A stretch of DNA of 63,419 nt, filler included, from Guillardia theta CCMP2712 (Eukaryota; Protista; Cryptophyta), in the NCBI RefSeq assembly GCF_000315625.1. It is 8 parts of 8 records of this genome, joined end to end, with 100 filler letters (N's around TTAATTAATTAA, not from the genome) between each part and the next. Parts side by side here need not be neighbours in the genome. Positions count along the whole stretch, not along the records: positions 13,638 to 18,753 come from NW_005434617.1; positions 18,854 to 50,750 come from NW_005434389.1; 6 more parts are not named here. One strand, given 5' to 3'. This document shows, piece by piece, positions 18,000 to 29,253 of this stretch (the stretch's first letter is position 1; the number at the start of each line of letters is the position of its first letter). Below the pieces are notes generated by a model, which worked only from the letters and a program-made list of their open reading frames with translations, was not told the origin of the DNA and ran no database searches. Position numbers and translations under genes: made by a program.

Positions 18000-18733
18000 A
18001 ATGCCTGCATGCTGGAAGGAGGAGAGAAAAGAGAGCAGAGCAGAGATATTCAAGGAGTTGATAATAGTCAGACGGCATACCCACTTGAGCTTGGTAGAAC
18101 TTGTAAGTAATGAACAAAAAATGACAAAAGAAATCCATGCTGATCATGTCATGTGTCAATGAATAAAATGCCATGGAGGGATCTTGCTCGACAAGAATCC
18201 ACAACCTCCTTGAGCGAAAATCCGCTGTACTCCCTCTTTCATCGCTTCTTCCTCCCCTTCTTCTCCCCTATCCTCCCCCCCTCCTCCTGCTCTCGTCGGC
18301 GATCCAGCAGATAGTCCGCTCGGTCCTCACTTGTTGTGAACATGACGAATCTCTCGCTCACCACCTGCTCCTCATCATTTCCCGCACACACACACGAGCT
18401 GGAGGTAACCTTCCCGCCGATTTTCGTCATTTCCACCCTAGAACATAAATGTCAGAGTGTCAGGAGGGAGGAGAGGAAGGGAAGGGCAAGGGGCAAGCCC
18501 AGGGACGAGGAGGAAGAGGAGGGGGAAGAGGGGGAGGAGGAGTATCGGAAAGGAGGTGGTGGCATTGGCCATACATTGAGATAGTTTAATCCAGTAGTCC
18601 TTCTCCTCCCTCAGCCTGTCTTATCCTTTTATAGCCGGGAAGAAAGAGAACCCTTTTTTCCCCCCCCCTTCTCTTTTTTTTTTTTTTTGTTTTTTATTAA
18701 AATCTTTTTTTTTTTGTTTTTTTGGTTTTTTTT

Positions 18734-18853
18734 TTTTTTTTTTTTTTTTTTTTNNNNNNNNNNNNNNNNNNNNNNNNNNNNNNNNNNNNNNNNNNNNTTA
18801 ATTAATTAANNNNNNNNNNNNNNNNNNNNNNNNNNNNNNNNNNNNNNNNNNNN
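18734..18853. other. Artificial contig linker (N-run + TTAATTAATTAA + N-run); also at ~4376, 13582, 50795, 54241, 58689 and 62325
   Basis: Identical 12-mer with stops in all frames, embedded in Ns seven times. Confidence 0.95.
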
Positions 18854-18890
18854 CAAATACCAACGCCAGGAGGGCGCCTAAAGCCGCCCC

Positions 18891-19438
18891 GAGGCTCACC
18901 TGACCGGTCACGTGACACATCACGTGACCGAGACAAGACTTTTTTATATCGCAGATCCAAAAACCCATAGGACATTTCTCCCAGGGGGAAGAAAACCTCC
19001 CTTGACCCCCCTGTTTCTCGACGGATCCTGCCGGCCGGGCCCGTCAGTAGACCGACTGCAGCCTTCAGCCCCGCCTCAGACCCCCTGGAGGCCCGCCAGG
19101 AGGCTAAGTGTCCGGAGATTGGCCGGGGGCCTGATCTCTCCGGGCGGCCGTGACCGGTCAGCGGGCCGTGTCAGCAGGCCCGTGACATGTCAGCCGGCTG
19201 ACAGGGGCCGTGACCCGGCTGACAGGCTCACCTGACCGGTCACGTGACACATCACGTGACCGAGACAAGACTTTTTTATATCGCAGATCCAAAAACCCAT
19301 AGGACATTTCTCCCAGGGGGAAGAAAACCTCCCTTGACCCCCCTGTTTCTCGACGGATCCTGCCGGCCGGGCCCGTCAGTAGACCGACTGCAGCCTTCAG
19401 CCCCGCCTCAGACCCCCTGGAGGCCCGCCAGGAGGCTA
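18891..19438 (+). repeat. 332-bp tandem satellite, left remnant (~1.6 units)
   Basis: Same sequence as the units at 45166-50740. Period 332 (18912 vs 19244). Confidence 0.95.
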
Positions 19439-19463
19439 CATTGTGGGGTCAAACCGCGTTGGT
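19439..19463 (+). repeat. Left terminal inverted repeat CATTGTGGGGTCAAACCGCGTTGGT
   Basis: Reverse complement of 45141-45165 with 3 mismatches. Directly follows the CTA TSD. Confidence 0.92.
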
Positions 19464-19668
19464 CGTACTTAACGCAAAAGAGGAATGGGTAATTCGAGTT
19501 ATAGGAGACCGGTGGATGGGGACCCCCTGTAATCATGGTGGTAGTTTACAGTGATATTGGTGGTAGGGGTAATGGTGTATTTCATTGTGAGCTACCCAAA
19601 TTCTTTTTAAAACTATAGTTTTTATCATTCCTATTTTACCATCGTGTTGTGTACCAATCTTGTAGGAG

Positions 19669-20585
19669 GTTTGAATTTTTGTACCAGGAGCACTAGACAG
19701 ACCGGGTCCTTCTATACTTGTTTTTCTGGACCCAGGCCCCTGGGTCCACTTGATGAGAGCTACCCTACCCCCATGAGCCCTCCCATCGTACCCTACCTGG
19801 TAAGGCATTTTTTGTTTGAATTTTTGTACGAGTGGGTCTATATACACCGGGTCATTTGACGCAATATTTTCGACTGAGGGTAGGGTACTGAAATGTACTC
19901 TGTACCCCTCCTGATGGGTAGAGGGGGTAGTGGATGGTTTGAATTTTTGTACCAGGAGCACTAGACAGACCGGGTCCTTCTATACTTGTTTTTCTGGACC
20001 CAGGCCCCTGGGTCCACTTGATGAGAGCTACCCTACCCCCATGAGCCCTCCCATCGTACCCTACCTGGTCAGGCATTTCTTGTTTGAATTTTTGTACGAG
20101 TGAGTCTATGTACACCGGGTCATTTGAGGCAATATTTTCGACTGAGGGTAGGGTACTGAAATGTACTCTGTACCCCTCCTGATGGGTAGAGGGGGTAGTG
20201 GATGGTTTGAATTTTTGTACCAGGAGCACTAGACAGACCGGGTCCTCTCTGAGGATTGTCACCCCACGGGTGGTAAGCTCCATTCGAGGTACCCTACCCC
20301 CATGAGCCCTCCCATCGTACCCTACCTGGTCAGGCATTTCTTGTTTGAATTTTTGTACGAGTGGGTCTATATACACCGGGTCATTTGAGGCAATATTTTC
20401 GACTGAGGGTAGGGTACTGAAATGTACTCTGTACCCCTCCTGATGGGTAGAGGGGGTAGTGGATGGTTTGAATTTTTGTACCAGGAGCACTAGACAGACC
20501 GGGTCCTCTCTGAGGATTGTCACCCCACGGGTGGTAAGCTCCATTCGAGGTACCCTACCCCCATGAGCCCTCCCATCGTACCCTA
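19669..20585 (+). repeat. Subterminal tandem repeat, ~3.5 copies of a 261-268-bp unit
   Basis: GTTTGAATTTTTGTACCAGGAGCACTAGACAGACCGGGTCC recurs at 19669, 19937, 20205 and 20466. Confidence 0.9.
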
Positions 20586-20718
20586 ACCCACAACCCTGTT
20601 CCACTACCCCAGGGGTATGGTACCAAATTGACACCCCCCCGGGGTCAGATTTTTTCAAAGGCGCGCAAGTGAAGGTCACGTTACCGCATCACGTTACACA
20701 CGGCCGGGACTTTGGAAC

Positions 20719-20845
20719 CGTGACCTTGGTATCGTGACTTTGGTATCGTGACTTTCGGTATCATGACCTTGGTATCGTGACTTTCGGTATCATGACCTTG
20801 GTATCGTGACTTTCGGTATCATGACCTTGGTATCGTGACTTTGGT
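20719..20845 (+). repeat. 14-16-bp minisatellite (RTGACYTT(C)GGTATC)n
   Basis: About 8 copies directly visible, alternating two variants. Confidence 0.9.
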
Positions 20846-21147
20846 CTACGGTATCGGATTCAACCGGTCCGATGCCGACATGTTTGCGCACACAACCCTG
20901 TCGACCATCTCACGGTGCTGCATGTAGAGCTCGTACCATTCAATGGCATGCTGCATTTTCTGCAGATTGATGTCATTGTCCCGAAGGATCGCATGCAATG
21001 ACGCGAGGTCTGACGCGGTGTCCATGACTTCTTGGGGGCATTCAGATTCCCCAAGTCCTTTTATTATTTAGGGCAAAAAAAAAACGGTTAGCTTAGTTTT
21101 TTTTAAAAAATTTACAAAAAGGGATTCAACCGGTCCGAACCAAGAGA

Positions 21148-21681
21148 ATGTGGGACGCACTGTCGCTGTACGGGGGCATCACTGTCTTGGTGGCCAGTCT
21201 TTTCACCCTTCAAATGGCGTGGAAACGTCAGAATAAGGCAAAGGCAGTGGTGGGGAATAGAGATTGGGTCGGGAAATTCATGTTGAAGCACAAGAAGTGG
21301 TTCCCGTTGGCCCTCCGCGAGGTAAAAGCGGGCACGAAGGAGTCGGACTGGATATTGTGGGTCTTCCCGATCCCCCTCACATTGGCGGAGGATGAAATAG
21401 ACATTCTCTCGGCCAGCAGAAAGGAGTACTGTGTGCCGACTGCAGAGGAAGGGATTGCCCTCATCCTGGATGAAGTCTTTCACAAGGACCTCGTGGAGAT
21501 CATGCAGGCGTTGCAGCATCATGGGAATCCGCAAAGGGTGTTCACGAGCAGCATCGATCGGACAATGTTCCGCATGTCGATCGACTACCTCATTGGTATC
21601 CTCGGTGAGAACCCGGAGGTTCTGCTGCAGGATCAGCGTCTGCAGGATCTGCTGGTCTTCTGGCGCGATCAAACGGCGTAG
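21148..21681 (+). CDS. Cargo hypothetical protein with N-terminal transmembrane helix
   Basis: ATG-initiated 177-aa ORF with hydrophobic LYGGITVLVASLFTL. AATAAA just after the stop, A/T-tract flanks. Confidence 0.7.
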   Translation: MWDALSLYGGITVLVASLFTLQMAWKRQNKAKAVVGNRDWVGKFMLKHKKWFPLALREVKAGTKESDWILWVFPIPLTLAEDEIDILSASRKEYCVPTAEEGIALILDEVFHKDLVEIMQALQHHGNPQRVFTSSIDRTMFRMSIDYLIGILGENPEVLLQDQRLQDLLVFWRDQTA

Positions 21682-21982
21682 TGTTGAAAATAAATGAATT
21701 TTATGTTGGGTCTTGGGTCATGTCATTTCATGGGTCATTTCTGACCCAAAAACAAAAAAGAGATTCGCACGGATTTACTACTTGCACGTGCGACATTTTC
21801 CAAAAAAAAAAAGATATTGCGTGCACGTGCGTTGCATATCTTTCAAAAAAAAAAAAATATATCGCCTTATCCAAACGGTCGGGGGATTTACTCCATGTGC
21901 CCCTTATCCTAACGCACACGACTCCTTATAAAAAGGGGCGTCGGCACCGGCGGTGGCCACACAAGCAAACACGGAAAGAGAC

Positions 21983-23964
21983 ATGTGCGTCGGACACGGC
22001 CTGTCCTATCACTTCATAGGCCTCGGCTGCCTGGCTGCATTGGAGAGGGATGGGGAACTGATTGGGCCGATCCTGTACGGCCCGAGGGTCATGGAGTGGG
22101 GCACCGGCGCAGTGCACGTGGTCGCACACAGGTTGCAGGATGGGGAGGGCTCGATCGTGTCCTTTGAGCACAGGGTCGGTGTGGAGGAGTGTGACTTCAC
22201 GCTGGTCCCCCACGAGCCATGCTGCCTGTTCGACGGCGTGCCGCCCGACGCGATGATCACCAAGACCGCATCGGATGGCATCGACGAGCTAATGGAGAGC
22301 GGCGTCGGCGCAAGGGTGTTGGATTACATCTCCGGGCTGGACCCCGATGAGAGGATATGCCTCACCGGGTACGACATGGGCGGGGTCATGGCCCAGCTGT
22401 TCGCCCTCACGTGCAGGTAAACATAGAGCATGCCCCTCTGACGCACTGAGAAACACGCGCAGGCGGGCGTTTGTCATGACCATGGGGAGGCCCATGTTCG
22501 CCAACCGGGCGTTCACCAAGTGGTACAACAACACCGTGCACTCTGTCAGCTGCTTCATTGCAAAGGGGGACAGCATAGCGGATTACTGCCGGGCAAGGGC
22601 ATCCGGGGGGCTGCACGAGGATGCCGGGGTGATCATCCTGGACAACAACGAGGACCTGCCGCAGGAAACCCCCGATGGCACGCTCCGGAACCACGGCAGG
22701 GACTATTACAGGAGGTGCTTCTCGAACCTGCGCAGGAGGAGGCAGCGGATCGGCCCCATGATGGACCCCGCCATCGCTGGGAGGTACATCTCGCGGCTTG
22801 CAAGGCCGCCCCCCGGGCGGATGGGGATGATCGCCAGGGCCCGCCGCATGATCGAGGACGGGCTCCTGGGGGACAATAGTGCCGCAAAAACCGCATACCG
22901 CAGCCTCGCGGAGAGGATCAATCAAAAGGCTGTCATCTCCAACACGGCGAGGTTCGTGTCGGGCCTCTTGTACCTGATCAAGAGGGCACAGATCAGGTCG
23001 GGGCGCGCGACGCTGGAGGGCAGCGACCCCCCCCGCTCCTTCAACGCCAGGCCCGTGGTGGCCTCTGTCCTGATCAAGTGGCACCCGAGGGCATGCTTCG
23101 AGTCCATGGGGGCAATGGAGGAGGACCTGCGGGCGCGCGCCGTGGCCCTGATCAAGCGGCTATCGGACATTGCCGCAAGCATGGCCTCCCCCGGATTCTC
23201 GTTCTCGATCGACGCCTGCCTGGGTTGGGAAGGGCTCGACGAGGAGCTCACCGGGTACCTGGCGGCATTCGAGAGGTGGAGGGTCCCGGACAAGAAGAGG
23301 GTGGCGTCGAGGATATCGCACTCCCTCAGGGCGCTGTACGTCGCACACAGCAGGCTCAAGGATCGCGGGGACGCGGAGTTCATGAACATGCACAGGGATT
23401 TCATCGCACAGAAGGAAAAGCTGAGGAAGCAGTACGCCGCGTGCATCGGGAAGGAGGAGCTCGCCCGGCTGGATGCAGAGTTCGGGATGATCGATGTGAA
23501 GGAGGCCGCGGGATCCCAGGATGCCGCCGGCACCACCAGGCCCCCGCAGAAGCAGGACAGGATGAACAACGAGCAGCTCGCCTATGAGCTCTTCCTCGAC
23601 CCCAACTTTCGCATCAAGGACGGGTACCAGGAACTCAACCGCGGCGTCTTGGATGGCGTGCGCAACGCGTTCAGGGAAGCGTTCTGGGAAAGCCTGGTCG
23701 ATGACATGAGGCTCCAGCCCCCGGTATACTGCCGCGTGATCAAGGTCCTCGGCGATATTCTCAATGGGTACACCGAGATCGTCCCGTCGGAGAGGGCCCT
23801 CATGATGGACATCGTAAACCTGCAGCTCATCCAGGAGCGGGTTGCAAGTGACAGCCTCGGATGGGCCGACACCGTCGCGTTGATCAGGTTGCTGGCCGGG
23901 AAGGTCCATGACTTGGATGGATTCAAGGTGACATTGTTGGTCGTTTGTTTGATTGATTGTTTGT

Positions 23965-23995
<31 letters not shown>

Positions 23996-24094
23996 GTTGG
24001 TTGGTTGGTTGGTTGGTTGGTTGGTTGGTTGATTGATTGGTTGGTTGGTTGGTTGGTTGGTTGGTTGGTTGATTGATTGATTGATTTGATTGAT

Positions 24095-24125
<31 letters not shown>

Positions 24126-24142
24126 GTTGATTGATTGATTGA

Positions 24143-24210
<68 letters not shown>

Positions 24211-24312
24211 NNNNNNNNNNNNNNNNNNNNNNNNNNNNNNNNNNNNNNNNNNNNNNNNNNNNNNNNNNNNNNNNNNNNNNNNNNNNNNNNNNNNNNNNNN
24301 NNNNNNNNNNNN

Positions 24313-24396
<84 letters not shown>

Positions 24397-24404
24397 CGAT
24401 TGAT

Positions 24405-24488
<84 letters not shown>

Positions 24489-24496
24489 CGATTGAT

Positions 24497-24540
<44 letters not shown>

Positions 24541-25730
24541 CGATTGATTGATTGATTGATTGATCGATTGATTGATTGATTGATCGATTGATTGATTGGT
24601 TGGTTGGTTGATTGATTGGTTGGTTGGTTGGTTGATTGATTGGTTGGTTGGTTGATTGATTGATCGATTGATTGATTCTTTAGTTGATCGATTGATTGAT
24701 TCTTTAGTTTGATCCTGTGCTTAGGAGCGCGAGGTGGAGCACATGAAGAGATGGGGGGAAATCGACGCATCCATGGACACCGCCCCCGCCGTGCAGCACC
24801 CGGGCATCATCGGCGGGTCGCTGTGCCTCATCCTGGACGGCCTCAACCTGGCCAGGGTGCACAGCGCAAACGAGAACCTGAGGAAGATATCGTGGGTCAT
24901 CGCCGCACACGGCGTCGATTATCTCCGCAGCGCATACAAGGCAAGGGTGAAGGCCGACCCCACGGCGCTCCAAAGGAACAGGTCGTGGCTGGAGAGGGTC
25001 GCAAGGGGGCTCGTGGAGACCGGGCACATCCAGATGCAGGCGCTCGCGGCGGGAAGCGCGGAGGCCTATCTGACCGTCACAAGGCACGCCATCCTCAGGA
25101 TGGCAACCGGCAGCGCGTTCCTCGGCGCGATGGATACCCCCCCGCTGCTCGCGATGGATGTCAAGCGCCTAAGGGACCTCCGGATGGATTCAGCATGGAT
25201 CGCATCACCGTCGCCATGATCGGCATGGCAAGGCAAAGGCTGCTCGCGCACGCAGACAGGGAGGAGGCCTCCGCACTGGCCGAGGCATTCGCCACCGCCA
25301 TCAACGGGTTCAGTATCACCGGCACGCTCAACAGCGACCTCCCCGGCGACTTCAGCAGGGAGAGGCAGGTCGCCGCCGTCATAGCGGCGCTCGAAGACTC
25401 CCTCAGCATCGAGCAGAAGAGGGTGGCGGCATCCATCATGGGCCAGCCGCAGTGCGACCTCGCCGCATTCTTGAGGTTCGATGACAACGTATGGAGGATC
25501 ACCCACCGCGTGGTGTACAACAGGTGGCTCGTGGCGGTCTCGTCGTCGTCGCAACCACCGGCAGTCCCCACGGATTCCGTCACCAAGACCACCTATACAA
25601 GGATCTACCACAACGCACGCAGGATCCGCGCGCTGGCAAAACGGACATTGACATCTACGCACCATTCTACAACCAGGCCATCACGAGCGCATTCTCCCAG
25701 ACGGATATCTCCAACGGCAACGGTAACTAG
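21983..25730 (+). CDS. Cargo lipase-3-like + TCP11-domain fusion, paralog A (2 introns, 2 apparent frameshifts)
   Basis: Lipase-3-like motifs [15 protein letters not shown] and [20 protein letters not shown]11-like motifs [24 protein letters not shown] and [14 protein letters not shown] introns 22417-22462 and 23928-24724 restore frame. Frame changes near 25185 and 25640. Confidence 0.75.
23940..24700. repeat. (GATT)n/(GGTT)n intronic microsatellite with gap
   Basis: Directly visible inside intron 2 of paralog A. Confidence 0.95.
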
Positions 25731-25828
25731 TTAGAAGCCTTGAAAAAGAAACCAATAAACACGCGCGCGGTTTATTGCCGTTGTTAGAGTTTCACTCGCT
25801 CCCAAGAAAATACCGTTGTGTTAGAGTT

Positions 25829-26361
25829 TCACTCGCTCCCAAGAAAATACTTCAGCACAGCCCCCATGTCGCCGCCATCCCCGAACTTCTCGGTGAAGAC
25901 ACTCGCGCAGCGCTTGAAGAATCTTCGATACTTCTGGACCTCGGCGTCATCAAGCGACACACGGCCACGGAGCAGATCTCCAAAGCAGAGCCAGGACCTC
26001 CTCGAAGCAGTGCTCGGGAAACCGTTCGGCTCCAGCTTCACGTAGTTCACCCACACGAGATGGCACCCCTCGGCATCCATCACGCTGCACGATGTCGCAG
26101 CATCCATCACAACATCCCCCGGGTCGAGATCCTGCCCCGAAAGGACCTTCTCGAAGCGGATCAAAAGGCCGGTCTCCAGCGCAATCCTCCTCAGCGTCTG
26201 GGCCAGGGCACAGCCCCCACGGCATCCACACCCGCACAGCCGCCGCAGGCACACAACAGGCCGTCGCTGTTGTACACGATGATCTCCGTCAGCTTGGATG
26301 TGTTCAAGTTGTCCCAGAACACCATACGCTCGAATTCGTGGAGCTTCACCAACCGTTCCAT
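25829..26361 (-). CDS. Cargo hypothetical protein, probably frameshifted
   Basis: MERLVKLHEFERMVFWDNL... in one frame appears to continue as ...LRRIALETGLLIRFEK... in an overlapping frame. Bounded by T/A-rich spacers. Confidence 0.45.
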
Positions 26362-26590
26362 TGTATCGCCGGTCGATCGAGGCTCACTGCCCGAGTCGTG
26401 TTTTTTGTTGTTTTTTTGTTGTTGTTTTTTGTTGTTGTTTTTTGAAGCTTTTTTGTTTATATTGATCATCAACAAAAATCAACAACCGCATGAGGGGGAG
26501 GGCGATGATCAACAACCGCACCGCAACGATGATCGACAACCGCACCGCGGGGAGGATGCAAATGATGGTTGCCCCAGTCGTGGCCGGGGG

Positions 26591-27031
26591 ATGGGCGCCG
26601 CAGCAATCGCGATGGGCGCGCAGTGCGCAAGGCTGCTCCGCGATCGCGACGCCAGGATACGGGAGCTCGAGAATACAATGCAGCTCATGGTGCAGCATAA
26701 GACCGAACTTGAAAGCATGCACAAGGCGGATATGGATAGTGCCAACAGCGTGTGGGATGCAAAAATGCAGGGGGAGAAAGCCAGGCATGAAAAGGAGATG
26801 GGAAAGATGAGGGACAGGCTCAAGCGCGCCAATGACGATCTGGAGGAGCAAAGTGGTTACATGCAGAGGCTCGCGGATAAGTTGAGTGTGTCGACTCAGA
26901 ATGAGAAGAGGCTCGAGGTCAAGGTGCAGAGGTTGCAGAATGAGATCGATCACATCGAGGACGTAGAACGTATCACGCGTGGGGTCGACAATTTCTCGGT
27001 GTCGGGCGATGAGACATCGACTCCGGGATAG
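26591..27031 (+). CDS. Cargo coiled-coil protein; 5' part may begin at 26490 in another frame
   Basis: Heptad-rich, charged sequence RDARIRELENTMQ...LEVKVQRLQNEIDHIE. Confidence 0.6.
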   Translation: MGAAAIAMGAQCARLLRDRDARIRELENTMQLMVQHKTELESMHKADMDSANSVWDAKMQGEKARHEKEMGKMRDRLKRANDDLEEQSGYMQRLADKLSVSTQNEKRLEVKVQRLQNEIDHIEDVERITRGVDNFSVSGDETSTPG

Positions 27032-27046
27032 GTTTTGCGCGCCTAA

Positions 27047-27358
27047 CTAAACATGTATTGATTGCAAACGGGAAAACTGGCCACACGCTGGCATGGTCTC
27101 GTGCTTGACACTCCGTCCCACACAGTCCGGCACATACGCACACTCCGACACGATGCCGACGATGAACCCAGTATCCTCCTGGGCATCGAGCGGTGGGGCC
27201 GTCGGTTCCTGGTGGTCTTCCACTTGCGCGACTTGGACGCCCCGACGCAAGTGCAGGCCGTGAGTGATCATGGCACGCTTGACTAGATAGACAAGCGTCA
27301 TGCATGACGATATCCAGATGAATAGGACGATGACGACGGTCACCCAGCTGTAGCCCAT
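27047..27358 (-). CDS. Small cargo membrane protein
   Basis: MGYSWVTVVIVLFIWISSCMTLVYLVKR hydrophobic segment. AT-rich upstream spacer. Confidence 0.55.
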   Translation of the reverse strand: MGYSWVTVVIVLFIWISSCMTLVYLVKRAMITHGLHLRRGVQVAQVEDHQEPTAPPLDAQEDTGFIVGIVSECAYVPDCVGRSVKHETMPACGQFSRLQSIHV

Positions 27359-27692
27359 GGTTCCTTGCCGAATTTCGATTCGTGTCATTTTTATTTCTAT
27401 TCAAAAAAATTTTTTGTTTTTTTTGAAAAAAATAATTATTGACCTTAAAAAACGCACCGGTCCGCTGAACTCAGCCGGTTTTGTTGCGGACAATCGAACC
27501 ACCCCTCGGGGACAGCGGGATGTTGTAGATGAACATGCTCGGCCGTGGCAACCCGTCCGTTGCATGGCAGGGTGATGGGGAGGCTAGCGCAGTTGGGGCG
27601 TTGGGTCGTGTCATTCGATCGGATTTGTGGGTGATTTTTTTTTGTTTTGTGCTGTGTCTTATATTCGCATTGATATTCGCAAGGAGCAAGAC

Positions 27693-27947
27693 ATGACAAA
27701 CTACATCGAAAAGTCCGCCCATCGGCTCGAGAGGGAGCTCCACCTAGACTCGGAGATATCGGAGAAGATCCAGACCATCAGTGATCTCGAGAGGGACCTG
27801 TACCAGAATCCTTCCTCCAACTCCCGGTTCAATCATGAGGCCGCTGATATCCTTGCGAGAACCAAGAAAGAGCTGCAGGAGCTGGATGCCGCAAAGAATG
27901 ACCCCCTGTACGCCGTCAACACATGGTTGAACCTCTTCGACATGTAA
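27693..27947 (+). CDS. Small cargo helical protein
   Basis: ATG-initiated MTNYIEKSAHRLERELHL... with cargo-like codon usage between T-rich spacers. Confidence 0.55.
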   Translation: MTNYIEKSAHRLERELHLDSEISEKIQTISDLERDLYQNPSSNSRFNHEAADILARTKKELQELDAAKNDPLYAVNTWLNLFDM

Positions 27948-28117
27948 CCTTGCATTTTTTTGGAGTAAAAGCGCACGTGCTATACTTCGGTGTTTTTTAA
28001 AAAAAAAGGATAAGCGTTCGGTTGATGGATAAAGCGTCACAGTTTTTACCACAGGGGTGGGATCTATATAAACCACCACCAAGCGCTTGAAGCCGACCAC
28101 CAAGCGTCACGCGCCGC

Positions 28118-29236
28118 ATGTCTGACTTCCCCCCCGACCTTGAGGAGTTTTCATCCCAGCAAGAGATGAGATCAAAGAGAAGGAAAGTCTGCATTCATGG
28201 GAGTGCGCCATCGAGATGTCAAACGAAGGGATGCTACAGGGCGAGCAGGTGTGAGCACGGGAGGCAGCGATCGCAGTGCAAGGACTGCGGGGGCGGCAGC
28301 GTATGCGAGCACTGGAGGCAGCGCTCGAGGTGCAGGGACTGCGGGGGAGGTAGCATATGCGTCCACGGGAGGCTGCGCTCAGGCTGCAGGGACTGCGGGG
28401 GAGGCGGCTTATGTCAGCACGGGAGGCAGCGATCGCAGTGCAAGGACTGCGGGGGAGGCGGCGTATGCGAGCACGGGAGGCAGCGATCGAGGTGCAGGGA
28501 CTGCGGGGGAGGTAGCATATGCGTCCACGGGAAGCTGCGCTCAGGCTGCAGGGACTGCGGGGGAGGCGGCATATGTCAGCACGGGAGGCAGCGATCGCAG
28601 TGCAGGGACTGCGGGGGAGGCGGCGTATGCGAGCACGGGAGGCAGCGCTCGAGGTGCAGGGACTGCGGGGGAGGTAGCATCTGCGTCCACGGGAGGCTGC
28701 GCTCAGGATGCAGGGACTGCGGGGGAGGCGGCATATGTCAGCACGGGAGGCTCCGCTCGAGGTGCAAGGAATGCGGGGGAGGCGGCATATGCGACCACGG
28801 GAGGCAGCGGTCGAAGTGCAGGGGATGCGCCGGCGTCGGCATATGCGACCACGGGAGGCGCCGATACCAGTGCAAGGAATGCGGGGGCAGCAGCATCTGC
28901 GAGCACGGGAGGCGACGGTCAGGATGCAGGGACTGCGGGGGCGGTGGCATATGCGACCACGGGAGGCAGTGGTCCCGATGCAGGGACTGCGGGGGCAGCG
29001 GCATCTGCGGGCACGGGAGGCGGCAGACGCAGTGCAAGGAATGCGGGGGCAGCAGCATCTGCGAGCACGGGAGGCGCCGGTCAGGATGCAGGGACTGCGG
29101 GGGCGGTAGCATATGCGACCACGGGAGGCTGCGCTCGAGGTGCAGGGACTGCGGGGGCGGTAGCATATGCCAGCACGGGCGGCAGCGATCGCAATGCAAG
29201 GAGTGCAGGCGCGGTCGAAGCTCACCACCCCAGTAG
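28118..29236 (+). CDS. Cys/His zinc-binding repeat protein (~18 x CxHGRxRSxCxDCGGG)
   Basis: 18-aa (54-bp) repeat with conserved C, H and CxxC. Basic RSKRRK NLS-like motif. TATATAAA upstream at ~28065. Confidence 0.85.
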   Translation: MSDFPPDLEEFSSQQEMRSKRRKVCIHGSAPSRCQTKGCYRASRCEHGRQRSQCKDCGGGSVCEHWRQRSRCRDCGGGSICVHGRLRSGCRDCGGGGLCQHGRQRSQCKDCGGGGVCEHGRQRSRCRDCGGGSICVHGKLRSGCRDCGGGGICQHGRQRSQCRDCGGGGVCEHGRQRSRCRDCGGGSICVHGRLRSGCRDCGGGGICQHGRLRSRCKECGGGGICDHGRQRSKCRGCAGVGICDHGRRRYQCKECGGSSICEHGRRRSGCRDCGGGGICDHGRQWSRCRDCGGSGICGHGRRQTQCKECGGSSICEHGRRRSGCRDCGGGSICDHGRLRSRCRDCGGGSICQHGRQRSQCKECRRGRSSPPQ

Positions 29237-29253
29237 TGTTCGGGCGGCAAGGG

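Noticed and set aside
19439-19475. RSS-like heptamer/nonamer organisation of the TIRs
   Set aside because: The termini are CAT, not CAC, and no nonamer with 12/23 spacing is evident.
23160-24770. 536-aa minus-strand ORF with (NQSI)n
   Set aside because: It is antisense to paralog A and its GATT microsatellite intron.
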